Positions 42,147 through 51,361 of a stretch of 64,000 bases of DNA are shown in pieces (the stretch's first letter is position 1; each line of letters begins with the position of its first letter). The position numbers and the translations under genes are program-made. The notes beneath the pieces were generated by a model, which worked only from the letters and a program-made list of their open reading frames with translations, did no database searches and was not told the origin of the DNA. This DNA is from Candidatus Poribacteria bacterium (lineage in GTDB: Bacteria; Poribacteria; WGA-4E; PCPOR2b). The stretch spans positions 3,424,001 to 3,488,000 of the forward strand of contig OZ242351.1 in the NCBI GenBank assembly GCA_965208675.1. The letters run 5' to 3'.

Positions 42147-42872
42147 TTGGTTTGGGTTTTCGGTATGTGGTTGATGAACATGATGAAGAACACTAAACTG
42201 GATGTAATCTTTCCGGAGGCGCTTTTTGATTACGAACGCTTTGAGCATAGGCATCTATTTGCAGATGTCCGCTATGTGTGGGAGGCGTTACTGTTATTGG
42301 ATGATTATATTGCGAAATATATTGCCCGACCGCGCCGCCATATGAATGCTGTCATTATGCAAGGCGCAATCGTAGGGCCCGATGTCGTATTAGGTGCCGG
42401 TGTGGTTATAGAGCCGAATGTATATATCAAGGGGCCGGCAATTGTTGGCGACAGGACAGTGATTCGACATTGCGCATACGTTCGCGAAAATGTCATCATC
42501 GGGGAAGATTGTGTTATAGGATATTCGACCGAAATTAAGCATTCGATTGTAATGAATGGAACACGGGCGGGCCATTGCAACTACATCGGCGATTCAATAA
42601 TTGGATTGAACGCGAATCTAGGGGCAGGGGTCAAGTTCGCTAACAGAAAAATCACAGATACCGATGTAATTGCGCGAAATCTTGATGGAGACAAATTTAC
42701 AACGGGGCTTCGGAAACTTGGAGCTATTACGGGTGACGATACGCAGATAGGTTGTAATTCGGTGCTGAACCCCGGCACGCTGCTTGGGAGGGGGTGTGTA
42801 GTATACCCGGTACTGTCCGTCCAAGGGACACATTCTCATCATGAAGTAATCAAGTCTATGTGCGATGTCTAA
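42147..42872 (+). CDS. Stand-alone GlmU-like left-handed beta-helix acetyltransferase
   Basis: Hexapeptide repeats, HCNYIGDSIIG, NLGAG, TGLRKLGA; true start may be ATG 42174-42183. Confidence 0.8.
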   Translation: MVWVFGMWLMNMMKNTKLDVIFPEALFDYERFEHRHLFADVRYVWEALLLLDDYIAKYIARPRRHMNAVIMQGAIVGPDVVLGAGVVIEPNVYIKGPAIVGDRTVIRHCAYVRENVIIGEDCVIGYSTEIKHSIVMNGTRAGHCNYIGDSIIGLNANLGAGVKFANRKITDTDVIARNLDGDKFTTGLRKLGAITGDDTQIGCNSVLNPGTLLGRGCVVYPVLSVQGTHSHHEVIKSMCDV

Positions 42873-42917
42873 TGTGGATTGATTTAAGAATATTAGTCGG
42901 GATTAGGAGTACCTTTA

Positions 42918-44741
42918 ATGTGCGGAATTGTCGGATATATCGGCAACAATTACGCTGATTCTGTATTGTGGACAGGATTGGAAAGACTTCAATACAGAGG
43001 ATATGATTCAGCAGGTATCGCTGTTATCCACGACGGCGAGTTGAACCTCAGGAAAATCGCAGGTAAGCTACACGTTCTAGACGAGAGCCTTCGCCAGAAA
43101 CCTATGCACGGCCCCATCGGCATTGGGCACACACGATGGGCGACACACGGCGAGCCAAATGAACGAAATGCTCACCCGCAAGTGGACGAAAATCAAACGA
43201 TAGCTGTCGTTCATAACGGTATTATTGAGAACTATCTTCAACTCCGGCAGGAGTTGCAAGCACGCGGTCATGAATTCATATCCGATACGGACACGGAAGT
43301 GCTCGTACATTTATTTGAAGAAAATGTAAATGGAGATATTGTCGATGCCGTCTGCAGGACGCTTCAGCGATTGGATGGGACGTTTGCCGCCGCCTTTATT
43401 CACCGGCAGTTTCCAGATTGCATTGTTGCTGCTCGACGCAATAACCCGCTTATATTGGGACTAGGAACAGGTGAGAATTTCGTTACTTCGGATTTGCCTG
43501 CGCTGCCTACCCGCACGCAGCGAGTGATTTATCTTGAAGATAATCAGGTTGCTGTTGTAGGTCGAGAGCACATTGAGGTGCGGACGATATCCGGTGAGCG
43601 AATTGAACCGCAGATTCATTCCATTCATCTGAGCGCCGAAACGATCGATAAAGGGGACTACCCGAACTTCATGCTCAAAGAGATACACGAACAACCTGAT
43701 GTCTTACGGCGTTTATACAACGCGTATGTGACGGATACGATGAGGGTTGATTTCGGGGAGTTTGGATTGGATGACTCATTTCTGGGCAAAGTCAACCGTA
43801 TTGTAATACAGGCGTGCGGCACATCATGGCATGCGGGCTTAATTGGCAAGTATTTGCTGGAGCGGTATACACGGATTCACACAGAGGTGGACATCTCCTC
43901 CGAATTCCGCTATCGAAATCCAATTTTGGAGGGTGATACGCTCGTCATTTCAATTTCCCAATCCGGCGAAACCGCCGATACGCTGGAGGGGCTGCGCGAA
44001 GCACGTAGCAAGTCCATGCCGGTATTGGCTATCTGCAACATGATTAACAGTACCATTGCTCGGGAAGCAGATGCCGTGATAGACATTCACGCCGGATTGG
44101 AAATTGGTGTCGCGTCAACCAAAGCCTATACGGCTCAGATTGCCGTCCTTGGACTCTTCGCACTGCATATGGGACAGATTAAGGGGTTGCTAAAATTTGA
44201 AGAAGTTCAACGTTTCCTCGCGGCGCTTCGAAACGCCCCCATTCTTATAGAACGATTTATCCAACAGCAGCAAATACAGGCATGCGCGGAGAAATACAGC
44301 GATGCGGGCGTGTACATATTTCTTGGACGAAGCTACAACTATCCCAACGCTTTGGAAGGTGCACTCAAACTCAAGGAAATTTCATATATTCACGCCGAAG
44401 GGCATCCTGCGGGCGAGATAAAACATGGTCCCATAGCGTTAATCGACGGCAATGTGCCGGTCGTGTGTATTGCCAATAATAGCAGCATCTACTCGAAGGT
44501 CGTCAGCGCCATCCAGCAGGTGCGCGCTCGCGATGGAGTCATCATCGCAATCGCTACCGAAGGCAACACGGAAATCCATGCACACGCTCAGGAGGTTATC
44601 TTTGTTCCGGAAATTGCAGAGGAACTCTCACCCTTGCTGGTTGCGGTTCCGCTGCAATTGCTTGCTTACCACAGTGCCGTTCATCGGGGGTGCGATGTCG
44701 ATCAACCGAGAAACCTGGCTAAGAGTGTTACCGTTGAGTAG
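42918..44741 (+). CDS. glmS: Glutamine-fructose-6-phosphate aminotransferase
   Basis: MCGIVG, YRGYDSAG, GHTRWATHG, SQSGETADT, PRNLAKSVTVE. Confidence 0.98.
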   Translation: MCGIVGYIGNNYADSVLWTGLERLQYRGYDSAGIAVIHDGELNLRKIAGKLHVLDESLRQKPMHGPIGIGHTRWATHGEPNERNAHPQVDENQTIAVVHNGIIENYLQLRQELQARGHEFISDTDTEVLVHLFEENVNGDIVDAVCRTLQRLDGTFAAAFIHRQFPDCIVAARRNNPLILGLGTGENFVTSDLPALPTRTQRVIYLEDNQVAVVGREHIEVRTISGERIEPQIHSIHLSAETIDKGDYPNFMLKEIHEQPDVLRRLYNAYVTDTMRVDFGEFGLDDSFLGKVNRIVIQACGTSWHAGLIGKYLLERYTRIHTEVDISSEFRYRNPILEGDTLVISISQSGETADTLEGLREARSKSMPVLAICNMINSTIAREADAVIDIHAGLEIGVASTKAYTAQIAVLGLFALHMGQIKGLLKFEEVQRFLAALRNAPILIERFIQQQQIQACAEKYSDAGVYIFLGRSYNYPNALEGALKLKEISYIHAEGHPAGEIKHGPIALIDGNVPVVCIANNSSIYSKVVSAIQQVRARDGVIIAIATEGNTEIHAHAQEVIFVPEIAEELSPLLVAVPLQLLAYHSAVHRGCDVDQPRNLAKSVTVE

Positions 44742-44775
44742 ACAGTCGACATTACTAAGACAAATCATTTAAGCG

Positions 44776-44812
44776 AAGGGAGCGGCACCGCGAGGCGTCT
44801 CTCCCTTTTTTT
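44776..44812 (+). terminator. Rho-independent terminator after glmS
   Basis: aagggag...ctccc hairpin followed by a T run. Confidence 0.65.
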
Positions 44813-45774
44813 GTGGTGAAAATTAGGATGGAAACGCTGCGGAAAATGCCGGATTTCTGGGTGAATCGATGTTGATGGTTACCTTTCACTGTAATGCGCC
44901 GGCCCGCTTGTGGTGCGGGTTCATTGAAATCGCGGGGTAACCAAAAGGTAACCAAGAAAAAAAGATCTGTAGGTCTTTTGGGTGGCTGTAATGCTAAATT
45001 ATTAGCATTCACTATTTAGAGGCGATTCATAAAAAAGATCAGGCGGCGGATCGCCGTGTCAAGGGGAAACAGGAAGCGCAATGCGCAAAATCAGGGAAAG
45101 ATATTGCCAATGGGGTCGTATAGCGTAGATGGCGTGTGGGATAGGGAGACTAGCGCAGAGGATTTGCGGAAGCGGGTAGCGGAAAGAGGGTGGTAGGTTT
45201 TTAAGGATGGGTTTCGCAGAAAACTATCACCTTCACTGTTGGCGGAGATTATCGTTCAACCCAACCTACAAAGACTTTACAGATCGGCGTTTGCCTACTA
45301 TATATCGCGGCTGTAAGCTGCTCCCACAGATAGTGTGCCGCGATTCGGAGATTGCTGCTACAGAGAGACGAATTCTTTAAATCATAGCCTATCATTTAAT
45401 CATACAGATCACAGTTCAGACAGTTTTTGGATATGGCGGCGCGTTTGCTTAATGGGTGTCGGTTTGGAAATACGAAAAGCGTTGGGTTACGCTCTGCGCA
45501 TCGTATTTTGTACATCAATAGGTTTCCAGAGCGGTTCGTTGAATTGTAAAATTTTTGGTGAAGACCGCTCAACCCAACCTACAAGAACTGCCTACGTAAT
45601 TCAAAGATGAGGTGCTGTAATCCGACGCTTCTTCAAAAATGCGGGGAAAGACGCACCGCCTACCATGGGTGCAAGAGGTGAGATTTTATAAGAGGAGACT
45701 ATCGCCATCCCTATTCGGTCGGTTGATCGCTATTCGCTCAATTGATCGCTTTTCATCGCGGTAGAGGTTGTTAC

Positions 45775-46106
45775 CCCTGCAACGGTGGTTTCCGCCCGCG
45801 ATATCCCCCGACCGCACGTGTCAATCTTGCGAAAAACCGTACACCCCGAAGCGCCGAGGCCAACGTTATTGTTCAGGCCGTTGCGCAAAAATAGATTATT
45901 ACCGTGTATCCACCGTCACTAAAAACCCTGAAAAGTTTTTTACATTCAAGCGAATAGGTGATATATTAAATTGCGAAGAATGCGGCAAGCGAACAAAACG
46001 AACCAACGGCCGCCAGATATACTGTTCAAAACGTTGTTCAGGCCGCGCCGAAAAAGGCGCCATCTCACACATCGTCAGAAGAAGAAAGGTAAATAATGAA
46101 AATTAA
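45775..46106 (+). CDS. 5'-truncated double zinc-finger protein fragment (phage-like), inside the giant spacer
   Basis: CQSC..YCSGRC and CEEC..YCSKRC; the frame is open from the repeat edge, and the listed TTG start lies within the repeat. Confidence 0.6.
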
Positions 46107-46152
46107 GTATGAAATCAACACGTCGAGAATCAAAACGAAAGGAAGGTAGTCA

Positions 46153-46362
46153 GTGCGAAAACCAACAACAGAAGATTTATACGCGGAACTGGTGAACACA
46201 ACCACGGGCAAATTTGGCGAGGAGCTGCGCGAAACGTATGAGCCCGTCAAGCATTTAGAAGTACCCAACAAAATTAAAGAACCGCGGGCGTGGAAAGAGT
46301 GGCGTTCCCGTCCGGACGTAGCGAAATTTTTCCGACTAGTACGCCGTTTCGATCATAATTGA
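46153..46362 (+). CDS. Small hypothetical protein inside the giant spacer
   Basis: GTG start after GGAAGG; 69 aa; tight phage-like packing. Confidence 0.5.
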   Translation: MRKPTTEDLYAELVNTTTGKFGEELRETYEPVKHLEVPNKIKEPRAWKEWRSRPDVAKFFRLVRRFDHN

Positions 46363-46368
46363 AAAGCC

Positions 46369-47060
46369 TTAATCTTCCAAGGATTCAACCAGTTCGCCGA
46401 ATTCCTCGCTCCAGTCAAAAACCGCTATCGTTTCAACATTTTCGGGATCGAGTATAAAGCCGTCAGTGGGCCATGTCATGCCTATGTCTTTTGCGCGGAT
46501 GACTTGAATAACCGGCTCTTCTATTCCGACACGAGCCACCCAATTCCAGCCGCTTTCAGACGCAATATCGATAGCCTGATCTCTTCCTTCCATGAATTCG
46601 ACCGCGTTCAAGCCTGTGTAGTAAATGTTGTCGCCGTGCGTTGCAACATGGGCGTGAACCTGTTCTGTCAGTGGCGCCTCCGCGGCATCCGGATCATACA
46701 TTTTAAAATCATCAACTACGTCCACAATTGCGTTGGCGTAAGCCGCGGTGTAAATAACAGTTTCATCGCCCTGAGCTATGCTCACCTCTTCGAGTTCGCT
46801 AATGAGGTCTTCTTGATCTTCATAGGGTGATTCGCGAATCTTACGTTCAAGCCGCTTTCGTGTTTGGTCTAATTCTGCCCGCCTTGCCTGAGCTTCGGTT
46901 TTTAGTTCTCTAATTGGTTTGACTAGGTCATCCAACCCCCCTCGCCCTCTACGGCGCCTTCGACATGTTCGCGAATAGCGTCGCCCCAAATGTCCCTTAT
47001 CTCTTGCGCTTCCCCAATGGATTGCGAATATTGCTGATGCAACCTCCCCTTATCCGTCAC
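46369..47060 (-). pseudogene. 5'-truncated acidic/coiled-coil gene fragment inside the giant spacer
   Basis: One frame is open from the repeat edge (VTDKGRLHQQYSQ...EGEG) and joins ORF 46369..46989 (LDDLVKPIRELK...) through a 1-nt shift in the G6 run near 46936-46941. Confidence 0.5.
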
Positions 47061-47301
47061 GCTTTCAGTCCGCTTTTCATCGCGGTAGAGGTTGTTACTG
47101 AAATGCAGTGGTCGGTGGCTAGTGGTTAGTGCCCAGCTTTCAGTTTGCTTTTGATTGCAGTATAGCTAGTGGCCGGCGGTGGAAAACTTTCTTGCCCACG
47201 AAGTTAAATTACTCTGAATCTGTAGTGATGTAGTAGAAACAAGACTATCGCCTTCGCTATCCGTTCAGTTGATCGCTTTTCATCGCGGTAGAGGTTGTTA
47301 C

Positions 47302-47693
47302 CGACCTCGTGAAGAAAGGTGAAGATTGGACAAACACAGCAGTAGTCCACGTTTGTAAGCTCCATCTCCTATCATGGCAGATACACCCTGTTGTGTCAAT
47401 GGAAAATTGTTAATGTGCGGCGAGTTAAGTAATCGCCTGTATTGAGGGCGTTCTTGCTCAAATTTTCGCAAATCTACTGATTTCTACCGAATGCCGGCAG
47501 AACTCGTTTTTCGCCAAGCTAATCCGTCGAAAATCGGGCTAAAGTTGCCCTAAACCGCAATCCAATTCTCGTTTACGCACGAGAAAGTTCGCCGAAAATG
47601 CGTATTAATCCGTGTGGCGTCTGGATTTTTCGTTAGCATAGACCTTTCGCAAATCGCCCCGATTTTTCCGCAGAAAACCGATTTGCGAAACGC
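47302..47693 (-). promoter_or_regulatory. Putative CRISPR leader
   Basis: Non-coding ~390 bp between the cas4 stop and the first repeat; repeated TTCGCAAATC/GATTTGCGAA motifs. Confidence 0.55.
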
Positions 47694-47768
47694 TCACAAC
47701 ACATCGGCGCAGAACCGGCGAAATTCACACTCAACGCATTTTCCGCGCTGCGGCGTCGGCGTCGGAAT
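47694..47768 (-). pseudogene. cas4: cas4 3'-end remnant
   Basis: An alternative frame reads IPTPTPQRGKCVECEFRRFCADVL*, the C-terminal KCxxCxxxxxC Fe-S motif of Cas4. Confidence 0.75.
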
Positions 47769-48618
47769 CAGGCTCTTCCCACTCGACGTTAAACCTTTTG
47801 TTTATCATGGCAAACACGACTCTATCCACGACGGACTGGCGGAACTCTTCGATAAAATCCAAGACTAAGGACGGTTTGCCGGGGCGGTCGACATGCAGGA
47901 ACCCGGCAAACGGCTCGAGTCCAGCGAGTGACAGCACGCTCCAAACGTGCGAGTAGAGCATCCCGTAACCGTAATTTAGCAGTGCGTTTACATCATCGAC
48001 GGCGCCGCGATGGTTTCGGGTGGTGAAGCGTCCGGTAGGCAACAGCCGTTGGACGCATTCCCAGTAGAGTGCGCCGGCGCGTCCTTCGAGATTGAGAAGC
48101 GTCGAATGCATTGCGTCAACCGGCGTGGTAGTATCCGCGGGCGTTTCCAGAGCGCTCAACTCCGACAGAATCGCCTCAATTTTTGCAATGCGTTCCATGA
48201 GTTCAGAATATTTTTTTGGTGATTGTTTCTTGCGGTATTTTCCGAAATAACGGACGAGATTTACTTGGTTCTTCAGCTTGCCCGCAGCGAACCGTTTGGC
48301 AATCTCCAATCCGCGCACGTCGTGGTAGGCGGCGAGTTGTTCGCGTCTTGAGATTACGGTGGCGGTAAGGGATGGGCTGTTGAGTTTCGCGTACGGTTTA
48401 CCGTTGAAACTGAGGAACGAGATTTCGATGCCGCGCTCGGTACAGGCTTCAATCAGGTCTGAAGAGACACTGACGCCGCGCGAGGCGATAACAATCTGGT
48501 CGAGATCCATCAGTGCGTGTTCCTCTTTTTTCCGCTCCTTGTCTCGGAAACGGACGCTGACGCGCTCGGAGTGTTTGCCAAGATAAGTACCGTAATCGGA
48601 GATAATCAGTTCATTCAT
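47731..48618 (-). CDS. cas1: CRISPR-associated endonuclease Cas1, C-terminally truncated
   Basis: KLKNQ, LEGRAGALYW, NALLNYGYG, GLEPFAGFLH, SLVLDFIEEFR..VD; 295 aa, the last residues read out of frame into cas4. Confidence 0.92.
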   Translation of the reverse strand: MNELIISDYGTYLGKHSERVSVRFRDKERKKEEHALMDLDQIVIASRGVSVSSDLIEACTERGIEISFLSFNGKPYAKLNSPSLTATVISRREQLAAYHDVRGLEIAKRFAAGKLKNQVNLVRYFGKYRKKQSPKKYSELMERIAKIEAILSELSALETPADTTTPVDAMHSTLLNLEGRAGALYWECVQRLLPTGRFTTRNHRGAVDDVNALLNYGYGMLYSHVWSVLSLAGLEPFAGFLHVDRPGKPSLVLDFIEEFRQSVVDRVVFAMINKRFNVEWEEPDSDADAAARKMR

Positions 48619-48791
48619 TTTTCTTTTCCTAACGTATATTTGTGGGAGAGGCTTCCTAGCCTCGATTATCAGTCAGTCACTCCTTGTGTAAATTTCAACC
48701 TAATTGACTATAGATTACACAGAGATACCGCTTCACGGGCTAGCGTATTATATTTGAAGTTTGTATATACACATGGTATACTAGTTGTTCA

Positions 48792-48956
48792 ATGGAGTTC
48801 GAATGGGATTCGATGAAGAATCAGCGTAATATTGAAAAGCACGGCATTATACTTTATGTCGTGTACACCACGCGAGGCGACATTCGGCGTATCATTTCAG
48901 CGAGGAGAGCGAATCGCCGTGAAAGAAGAACGTACCGTGAGAGTTTCTCTCAATAA
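48792..48956 (+). pseudogene. brnT: BrnT toxin with an in-frame internal deletion (54 aa; absent from the ORF track)
   Basis: MEFEWDSMKNQRNIEKHGI joined directly to ILYVVYT.RG..RRIISARRAN.RER..Y; the central segment is missing. Confidence 0.75.
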
Positions 48957-49221
48957 CCTCCCGAAAAAAACGCAAACCGATTGGGAGAAGGTCAAAAAAA
49001 TGACCGAGGCCGAAATTAACGCGGCGGCAGTATCGGACCCCGATGCCCAGCCGACAGATGCGGCATTCTGGAGAGATGCCGAGATTGTGATGCCCGAACC
49101 TAAACACGCTATATCTCTGCGCGTTGACAGCGATGTGCTCAAGTGGTTTAAATCTCAGGGCAAAGGTTACCAGACCCGCATGAACGCCGTGTTGCGGGCG
49201 TATATGAAAGCACATCAATAG
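48919..49221 (+). CDS. brnA: BrnA antitoxin family protein
   Basis: ISLRVDSDVLKWFKSQGKGYQTRMNAVLRAYM; GTG start overlapping brnT. Confidence 0.88.
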   Translation: MKEERTVRVSLNNLPKKTQTDWEKVKKMTEAEINAAAVSDPDAQPTDAAFWRDAEIVMPEPKHAISLRVDSDVLKWFKSQGKGYQTRMNAVLRAYMKAHQ

Positions 49222-49286
49222 GGAGCCCTCAATCGAGTTTGAAACATGAACCGTGCCGCTATGACACAATTAATACGTCCACAATA

Positions 49287-49590
49287 GCGATTCGTTAAAT
49301 TGTAAATTTTTTGGTGAAGACCGCTCAACCCAACCTACAAAGACATTACAGACCGGCGTGTGCTTACTACTATATCGCGGCTGGAAGCCGCTCCCACAGG
49401 TGGTTTGCCGCGATTCGGAGATTGCTGCTACAGAATTCGGTGAAGACCGCTCTACCCAACCTACAAAAGCTAATCGGCCGGATGGTTGTATAAAATATGT
49501 TGCGGTGTATTTCGGGCGAGACGGAATTGGATTTGGGTGAAGACTATCGCACTCCTTATTTAGCCCCTTGATCACTCAACCAAACCTACG
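49287..49590. repeat. REP cluster with segments duplicated at 45253-45364 and 45531-45582
   Basis: Near-identical ~110-bp and ~52-bp blocks containing GCTCAACCCAACCTAC on both sides of the CRISPR/cas1/brnTA segment. Confidence 0.75.
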
Positions 49591-49747
49591 ACCGAAAGGA
49601 AGAAGACAAATAGTGTGCGGACGATATACGCTTGCAGTAGACACTTAAAATTGATATAGTCATATTCAGTGTATTTAGTTTGATTCATTGACTGAATTCT
49701 AACCAATATTCTGCTAACTGCGTAACTTCTAACAACATTCAATTCTG

Positions 49748-50482
49748 ATGTATAGTTGCTATGCTTCTCCGGCGCGGATATCAAAGGACGCAATCCACAT
49801 TGATGACGCGGAACGCCACCACCTGCTCAATGTGCTGCGCCTCAAAGCAGGCGATTCGGTGCACGTCTTTGACGGCGAAGGCAACAGCTACACTGCAATC
49901 CTTCGTGATACCCACCTCCCCGCACTGTGCGCTACCATAATCAAACATCAATTTCATCCACACACCCCGCCGCATATCACACTTTTCCAAGGTTTGCCAA
50001 AGTCGGACAAGATGGATCTTGTTGTTCAAAAAACAACGGAAATCGGTGTTGACGGAATTGTGCCCACGATTTGCCATCGTTCGATTCCAAAGCGATCGGA
50101 AACTGCCCAAGAGAAGTTGCAAGCGAGGTGGCAGCGGATTGCGAATGAAACCGCTAAACAGTGCAGGCGTTCGCGATTGACCAAGGTACACGAAGCAAAA
50201 GAGATAGAAAGGTGCTTTGCGCAAGCAACACAATTCGACCTGTCAATTTTGTTGTGGGAAAACGAGGAAGAACAGGGAATCAAGGAGGTGTTGCGACGCC
50301 ATAAAAACGCATCATCAGTCGGGCTTTATGTTGGACCGGAAGGAGGGTTTTCGGCTGACGAAACTAAAACTGCTATTCAATGCGGAATACACCCCGCCAC
50401 ACTTGGCCCAAATATCTTGCGTACCGAAACCGCGGGAATCGTGGGTGCGGCGATTGTTATGTATGAATTACGCGAGGCTTAA
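49748..50482 (+). CDS. rsmE: 16S rRNA m3U1498 methyltransferase
   Basis: HHLLNVLR, VQKTTEIGV, VGPEGGFS, LGPNILRTETA. Confidence 0.95.
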   Translation: MYSCYASPARISKDAIHIDDAERHHLLNVLRLKAGDSVHVFDGEGNSYTAILRDTHLPALCATIIKHQFHPHTPPHITLFQGLPKSDKMDLVVQKTTEIGVDGIVPTICHRSIPKRSETAQEKLQARWQRIANETAKQCRRSRLTKVHEAKEIERCFAQATQFDLSILLWENEEEQGIKEVLRRHKNASSVGLYVGPEGGFSADETKTAIQCGIHPATLGPNILRTETAGIVGAAIVMYELREA

Positions 50483-50535
50483 ATAGGACTAGACGATTTC
50501 ATCCTTTGTAGTCATTTGGGTACATATTGTCACAC

Positions 50536-50643
50536 GGAAGCCTCTCCTACAGGCTAATCGAGGTTAGGAAGCCTCTCCTACAGGCTAATCGAGGCTGGGA
50601 AGCCTCTCTTACAGGCTAAATGAGGCTGGGGGCGTCTCCCACA
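50536..50643. repeat. 31-bp REP-like tandem repeat x3.5
   Basis: ggaagcctctcctacaggctaatcgaggtta units at 50536, 50567, 50598 and 50629. Confidence 0.8.
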
Positions 50644-50709
50644 ATATAATCGAGTTAGAACGGTACGGATGGGAGTTCCGTTTATGACATTCAATTGCGG
50701 ACCAATTTT

Positions 50710-50800
50710 TTGCTTGCAAAATCCTAACCGGGTATGATAATATTTAGCCAGACCGCGAGGAACCTTTCCCTACCGGGAAAAACATCGCGGTTGTTTTTTT
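50710..50800 (+). promoter_or_regulatory. Sigma70-like promoter and rimP leader attenuator
   Basis: TTGCTT-N17-TATGAT, then an ACCGCGA...TCGCGGT hairpin and T7 upstream of rimP. Confidence 0.6.
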
Positions 50801-50880
50801 GTGTATTGCGCTTTGACACCTTGGTTTGATAATTGAGACTTGTAATTGCTTCAGCGAGACAATCTTTTTAGTACGCCGTT

Positions 50881-51342
50881 ATGAGTTCCTCACTGAAAAC
50901 TTCAGTTTTCGACTTGTTATCACCCGTTCTGGACGGCGATGGGATTGAGTTGGTTGACGTTGAACATGCAAATCAAAAGAATCATGGAACGCTTAGACTT
51001 TTAATTCATAAGCCTGACGGAATAACGACTAAGGATTGTCAGCGTGTTAGTGAAATTGCCGGTCCAGTTTTAGCGGTGCATGGATTTAAACTCGATAGTT
51101 ATAGTCTGGAGGTTGCATCTCCGGGATTGGATCGTCCGCTTATTTCGGAATCAGACTTCCGCAGAAATTTGAGTCAGAACATTCAAATCGAAGTGTTTTC
51201 GCCATGCGGAAAGTTTTTGCAAATGAGCGGCGTCTTGAAAGATGTCAACCGGGAACAGATTTGTCTTACTCAACGTTCGGGGGAAACAGTTCAGGTTAAA
51301 CTTTCAGATATTACTAAAGCTCATGTCCAACTGATGTGGTAA
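50881..51342 (+). CDS. rimP: Ribosome maturation factor RimP
   Basis: YSLEVASPGLDRPL; sits before nusA. Confidence 0.93.
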   Translation: MSSSLKTSVFDLLSPVLDGDGIELVDVEHANQKNHGTLRLLIHKPDGITTKDCQRVSEIAGPVLAVHGFKLDSYSLEVASPGLDRPLISESDFRRNLSQNIQIEVFSPCGKFLQMSGVLKDVNREQICLTQRSGETVQVKLSDITKAHVQLMW

Positions 51343-51361
51343 TATTTTTGGATGGAATACA

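Larger units (their letters stand above)
45747..47301 (-). CRISPR. Degenerate CRISPR mini-array, repeat GTAACAACCTCTACCGCGATGAAAAGCGGACTGAAAG (37 bp)
   Basis: Full repeat 47062-47098; 28-bp truncated copies 45747-45774 and 47274-47301; degenerate copy 47137-47173 (27/37); 38-bp spacer 47099-47136; CCGC/GCGG stem; ACTGAAAG 3' handle; lies downstream of cas1. Confidence 0.85.

Noticed and set aside
46550-46563. Hidden CRISPR repeat inside the giant spacer (gctttcagacgc)
   Set aside because: Only a short match, lying within coding sequence; consistent with chance.
47731-48618. Solo cas1 as a casposon integrase
   Set aside because: No family B polymerase or terminal inverted repeats; it is linked to a cas4 remnant, a leader and CRISPR repeats.
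50536-50643. Possible CRISPR array
   Set aside because: The 31-bp units are contiguous with no unique spacers; this is a REP-type tandem repeat.
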